From an uncultured Acidobacteriota bacterium (GTDB lineage: Bacteria; Acidobacteriota; Thermoanaerobaculia; UBA5066; Gp7-AA6): a stretch of 64,000 nucleotides of DNA. Location of the stretch: positions 2,070,513 to 2,134,512 of the forward strand of contig CAVTON010000001.1 in NCBI GenBank assembly GCA_963736455.1, given 5' to 3'. The notes beneath the pieces were generated by a model that saw nothing but the letters and a program-made list of their open reading frames with translations, was not told where the DNA came from and did not search any database. Shown here in pieces: positions 61,135 through 64,000 of the stretch. Numbering within the stretch: position 1 is the stretch's first letter; each line of letters starts with the position of its first letter. The position numbers and the translations under genes were made by a program.

Positions 61135-61728
61135 ATGAGCGTTCTGTACCTGGCATTCGAGACCCACGAGCGCGGCAACCGCCTGGTGAAGCTGCAGAAG
61201 AGCGGCGCCCATATCGTCGTCTCCGAGCCGCGCTGGCCCGGGTTCTTCGAGCTCGCCAAGCGGGAAAAGCCCTACGCGATCGCAATCGACTTCTCGCAGG
61301 CCCCCTCGCATGCCCTGGAAACCGCCGACTACATGTCCAAGGCCCGGGAAACCAAGGATGCCGCGTTGTTCCTGCTGCGCGTTCCGCACGACCGCCTCGA
61401 AGCGGTCAGGAAGCGGCTGCCGCAGGCGACAACGATCACGGAAAACGAGCTCTCCGCGCGCCTGGCGCAGATGGAGCAGGAGGCCGAGGCCCGGGCCCGG
61501 CAGAAGAAGGAAGCCGCGGCCGCGGCCAAGAAGGCGGCGCGCGCGGCGGCGCGGGCCAATGCGGGCGACAAGGGCAAACCCGTTCCCGCGGGAAAGCCGA
61601 AGCCCCCGGCGGCCGTGAAAGTCAAACCGGCCCCCGCCGCCCGGGCGAAGGCGGCCGCGGCGCCGAAGAAACCGGGCAAGCCCTCCGCCGCCTCGGCCCG
61701 CAAGCCGCAGCCGAAGAAGAAGAAGTAG
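61135..61728 (+). CDS. hypothetical protein with histone-H1-like Ala/Lys/Pro-rich C-terminal tail
   Basis: About 115 aa of globular N-terminus, then roughly 80 aa of AKKAARAAA / KPKPPAAVKVKPAPAA / KKPGKPSAASARKPQPKKKK low-complexity basic sequence. Confidence 0.45.
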   Translation: MSVLYLAFETHERGNRLVKLQKSGAHIVVSEPRWPGFFELAKREKPYAIAIDFSQAPSHALETADYMSKARETKDAALFLLRVPHDRLEAVRKRLPQATTITENELSARLAQMEQEAEARARQKKEAAAAAKKAARAAARANAGDKGKPVPAGKPKPPAAVKVKPAPAARAKAAAAPKKPGKPSAASARKPQPKKKK

Positions 61729-61742
61729 GCAAGGAGAAGAGG

Positions 61743-63116
61743 ATGGCCACCGGATTTTCGAAGGAAGAGCTGCAGAACTACGCCCGCGGCCGGCGTTCCG
61801 AGTACGAGGGAGTGCTTCGGGAGATCGTCGAGATTCCATCGGTCTCGGTCGAGCCCGAGCGCAAGCCCGACGTGCGCCGCGCCGCCGAATACGCCGTCTC
61901 GCTCCTCCAGTCCTTCGGCGCGCAGGCGAAGCTCTACGAGACCGCCGGCCACCCGATCGTCCACGGCCGCTTCGACCGGGATCCGAAATTCCCCACGGTC
62001 ACGGTTTACAACCACCTCGACGTCCAGCCGGCCGAAGGCCCCGACTGGAAGACGTCGCCCTTCGCGTTCTCTCGGGCGGGCGATCGCTACTTCGGCCGCG
62101 GCACGACCGACGACAAGGGCCCCGCCATCACGGCGCTCTTCGGAGCGCGCTACGCGCACGAGCACGGAGCCAGGGTCAACATCCGCTTTCTCTGGGAGCT
62201 CGAGGAGGAGATCGGCAGCCCTCACTTCGAGACCGCGATTCGCGCCCACGCGAAGGACCTCACGACCGATACCGTCGTCGTTTCCGACACCGTCTGGGTC
62301 TCGCGGGCGCGTCCCGCGGCGCCGGCGGGCCTGCGCGGCCTCCAGGGGTTCCGCTTCGAGCTTCAGACGGGCGAGACCGATCAGCACTCCGGGACCGCCG
62401 GCGGCGCCGCGCGCAACCCCGTGACCGAGCTCTGCACCCTCATCGCCGAGTGCGTGGACGGCAAGACCGGCCGCGTCAAGATTCCGGGCTTCTACAAGGG
62501 CGTCGTCGCCCCCACGAAGAAGGAGCTCGAGGACCTCCGGAAGTGCGGATTCACGGTCAAGGACTTCAAGAAGGACCACCTCTTCCGTTCGCTGCGCGTC
62601 AATGATGCGCTCGAGGTGATGAAGCGCATCTGGACGATGCCGACGTTCGAGGTCCACGGCATCGCCGGCGGCTACCAGGGTCCGGGAGTCAAGACGATCA
62701 TTCCTCCGAAGGCCACCGCCATCGTGTCGTGCCGGCTCGTTCCCGACATGGACCCGAAGAGGATCGTCCGGCTCGTCAAGGCCTTCGTGAGAAAGAAGAA
62801 CCGGGACGTCGTCGTGTCGGCCGAGCACGAGCTGCCGGCCTACCAGGGCAAGACGACAGGACCCTACGCGGATGCGATCCGCGGCGCGATGAAGTTCGCC
62901 TTCGGCAAGGAGCCCGTGTTCGTCCGCGAGGGCGGCTCGATCGGCGCCGTGCTCTCGATGGAGCGCGTCCTGAAGAGTCCCGTCTACTTCCTCGGCCTGT
63001 CGCTGCCCGAGCACGGCTACCACGCCCCCAACGAGAACTTCGACTGGCCGCAGGCCGAAGGCGGCATGGCGGCATTCGCCGATTACTTCCGCCGGCTCGG
63101 CGAGATGGGCAAGTAG
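61743..63116 (+). CDS. M20 family metallopeptidase (dipeptidase/ArgE-DapE-CPG2 type)
   Basis: HLDVQPA, GRGTTDDKG, and WELEEEIGSP motifs with the His/Asp/Glu zinc ligands. Confidence 0.75.
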   Translation: MATGFSKEELQNYARGRRSEYEGVLREIVEIPSVSVEPERKPDVRRAAEYAVSLLQSFGAQAKLYETAGHPIVHGRFDRDPKFPTVTVYNHLDVQPAEGPDWKTSPFAFSRAGDRYFGRGTTDDKGPAITALFGARYAHEHGARVNIRFLWELEEEIGSPHFETAIRAHAKDLTTDTVVVSDTVWVSRARPAAPAGLRGLQGFRFELQTGETDQHSGTAGGAARNPVTELCTLIAECVDGKTGRVKIPGFYKGVVAPTKKELEDLRKCGFTVKDFKKDHLFRSLRVNDALEVMKRIWTMPTFEVHGIAGGYQGPGVKTIIPPKATAIVSCRLVPDMDPKRIVRLVKAFVRKKNRDVVVSAEHELPAYQGKTTGPYADAIRGAMKFAFGKEPVFVREGGSIGAVLSMERVLKSPVYFLGLSLPEHGYHAPNENFDWPQAEGGMAAFADYFRRLGEMGK

Positions 63117-63166
63117 GGCGCCGGAAGGTCCGGACACGGAAGGCCGGTCACAGGGGGAACGAACGA

Positions 63167-64000
63167 TGAAGACTCCGGCCCGAGCTCTGCGCTCGGCCAG
63201 CCTCGCCGCGGCCTTGACCCTCCTCGCCGGAGCCGCACCGGCGGCCGACCCGAGGCCCGCCGACTCCGTGAATGCGCGGCTCGAGCGCATCTTCGCGAAG
63301 AAGGAGTTCGAGGCGAAGAGGTTCGGCCCGTACGCCTGGACCGAGGACGGCAAAGCCTATACGACGCTCGAGGCATCGCCCGCGGGCGCGGACGCGAAGG
63401 ACCTCGTCCGCTACGACACGGCAACCGGAGCGCGGCGCGTGCTCGTGACGGCCGCCGCCCTGACGCCCCCCGGAGGAAAGCCTCCGGAGATCGAGAACTA
63501 CTCCTGGTCGAAAGACGGCAAGCGTCTTCTCGTCTTCGCCAACGCGAAGAAGGTCTGGCGGCGCAAGACGCGCGGCGACTACTGGGTTCTCGACGTCGCG
63601 ACCGCGAAGCTGCAGAAGCTCGGGGGAAGCGCCCCCGAGGCCACGCTCATGTTCGCCAAGTTCTCTCCCGATGGAACGCGGGTCGCCTACGTGCGCGCCA
63701 ACGATCTCTGGGTCGAGGACCTCGCCTCCTCGGCGATCACCCGGCTGACGAGCGACGGCTCCCCCACGGTCGTCAACGGAACGTCCGACTGGGTCTATGA
63801 AGAGGAGTTCGACGTCCGCGACGGCTTTCGCTGGAGCCCGGACGGAAAGAGCATCGCGTACTGGCGCTTCGACACGAGCGGCGTCGGCGAATATTCGCTG
63901 ATCGACGACACCGACACGACCTATCCGGTCGTGACGAAGTACGGCTATCCCACGGTCGGGACGTCGAACTCGGCCGTGCGGATCGACGTCGTGCCGGCCT
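63167..64000 (+). CDS. S9 family peptidase, dipeptidyl-peptidase IV-like (N-terminal part; gene continues beyond window)
   Basis: Signal peptide. The DPP4 N-terminal beta-propeller pattern (YSWSKDGKRLL, FSPDGTRVAY, DWVYEEEF, WSPDGKSIAYWRFD). Confidence 0.7.

Overview
This 64 kb window is a contig piece from a very high-GC (about 70%) bacterium. No family signature places it firmly, so the loose Acidobacteriota/Gemmatimonadota-like assignment is a guess. Almost every long antisense or alternate-frame ORF in the six-frame track is an arginine-rich artefact of the GC content. After discarding those I can support about 58 protein-coding genes, 2 tRNA-Ser genes and several repeats and hairpins.

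Main loci, in order:
- 222-9364 (minus strand): an L-arabinose utilisation locus. It holds a GH127 beta-L-arabinofuranosidase, a FucI-family isomerase, ribulokinase araB, a fused AraG/AraH ABC transporter and a binding lipoprotein.
- 9442-11117 (minus): enolase and ftsB.
- 14635-20188 (minus): an exopolysaccharide operon with a priming phosphoglycosyltransferase, one GT4 and three GT2 genes.
- 20232-22277 (plus): serS and a methyltransferase.
- 24313 and 30420: two tRNA-Ser genes (GCT and TGA anticodons).
- 26663-29494 (plus): an operon of a flavin-dependent halogenase-like gene, an SDR and a small membrane protein.
- 30548-32785: an L,D-transpeptidase next to an M15/DUF882 peptidase.
- 49985-57290 (minus): pyrK-pyrD-pyrF and a fused E1 alpha/beta 2-oxoacid dehydrogenase.
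- 57564-60976 (plus): nadA-nadC-nadB.
- Several secreted BNR/sortilin-like, FG-GAP/ASPIC and peptidase genes.

I did not find a clear defence system, prophage, integron or CRISPR. The candidates for something undescribed are:
- A GTCATCCCGAGGAGC...GGGATCCC palindromic element family. It forms a five-unit, 78 bp tandem array inside the arabinose operon, with single copies at the MFS gene start and inside the pyr operon.
- A roughly 265 bp MITE-like element with perfect 20 bp terminal inverted repeats in the enolase leader.
- tRNA-3'-end-like fragments in inverted orientation upstream of tRNA-Ser(GCT).
- A PSP1/RicT gene immediately followed by an Hfq-like Sm protein.
- A frameshifted small secreted peptide gene with a sorting-signal-like tail.
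- A protein with a histone-H1-like Ala/Lys/Pro-rich tail.

All calls come from reading the translations and the DNA. No database search was possible.
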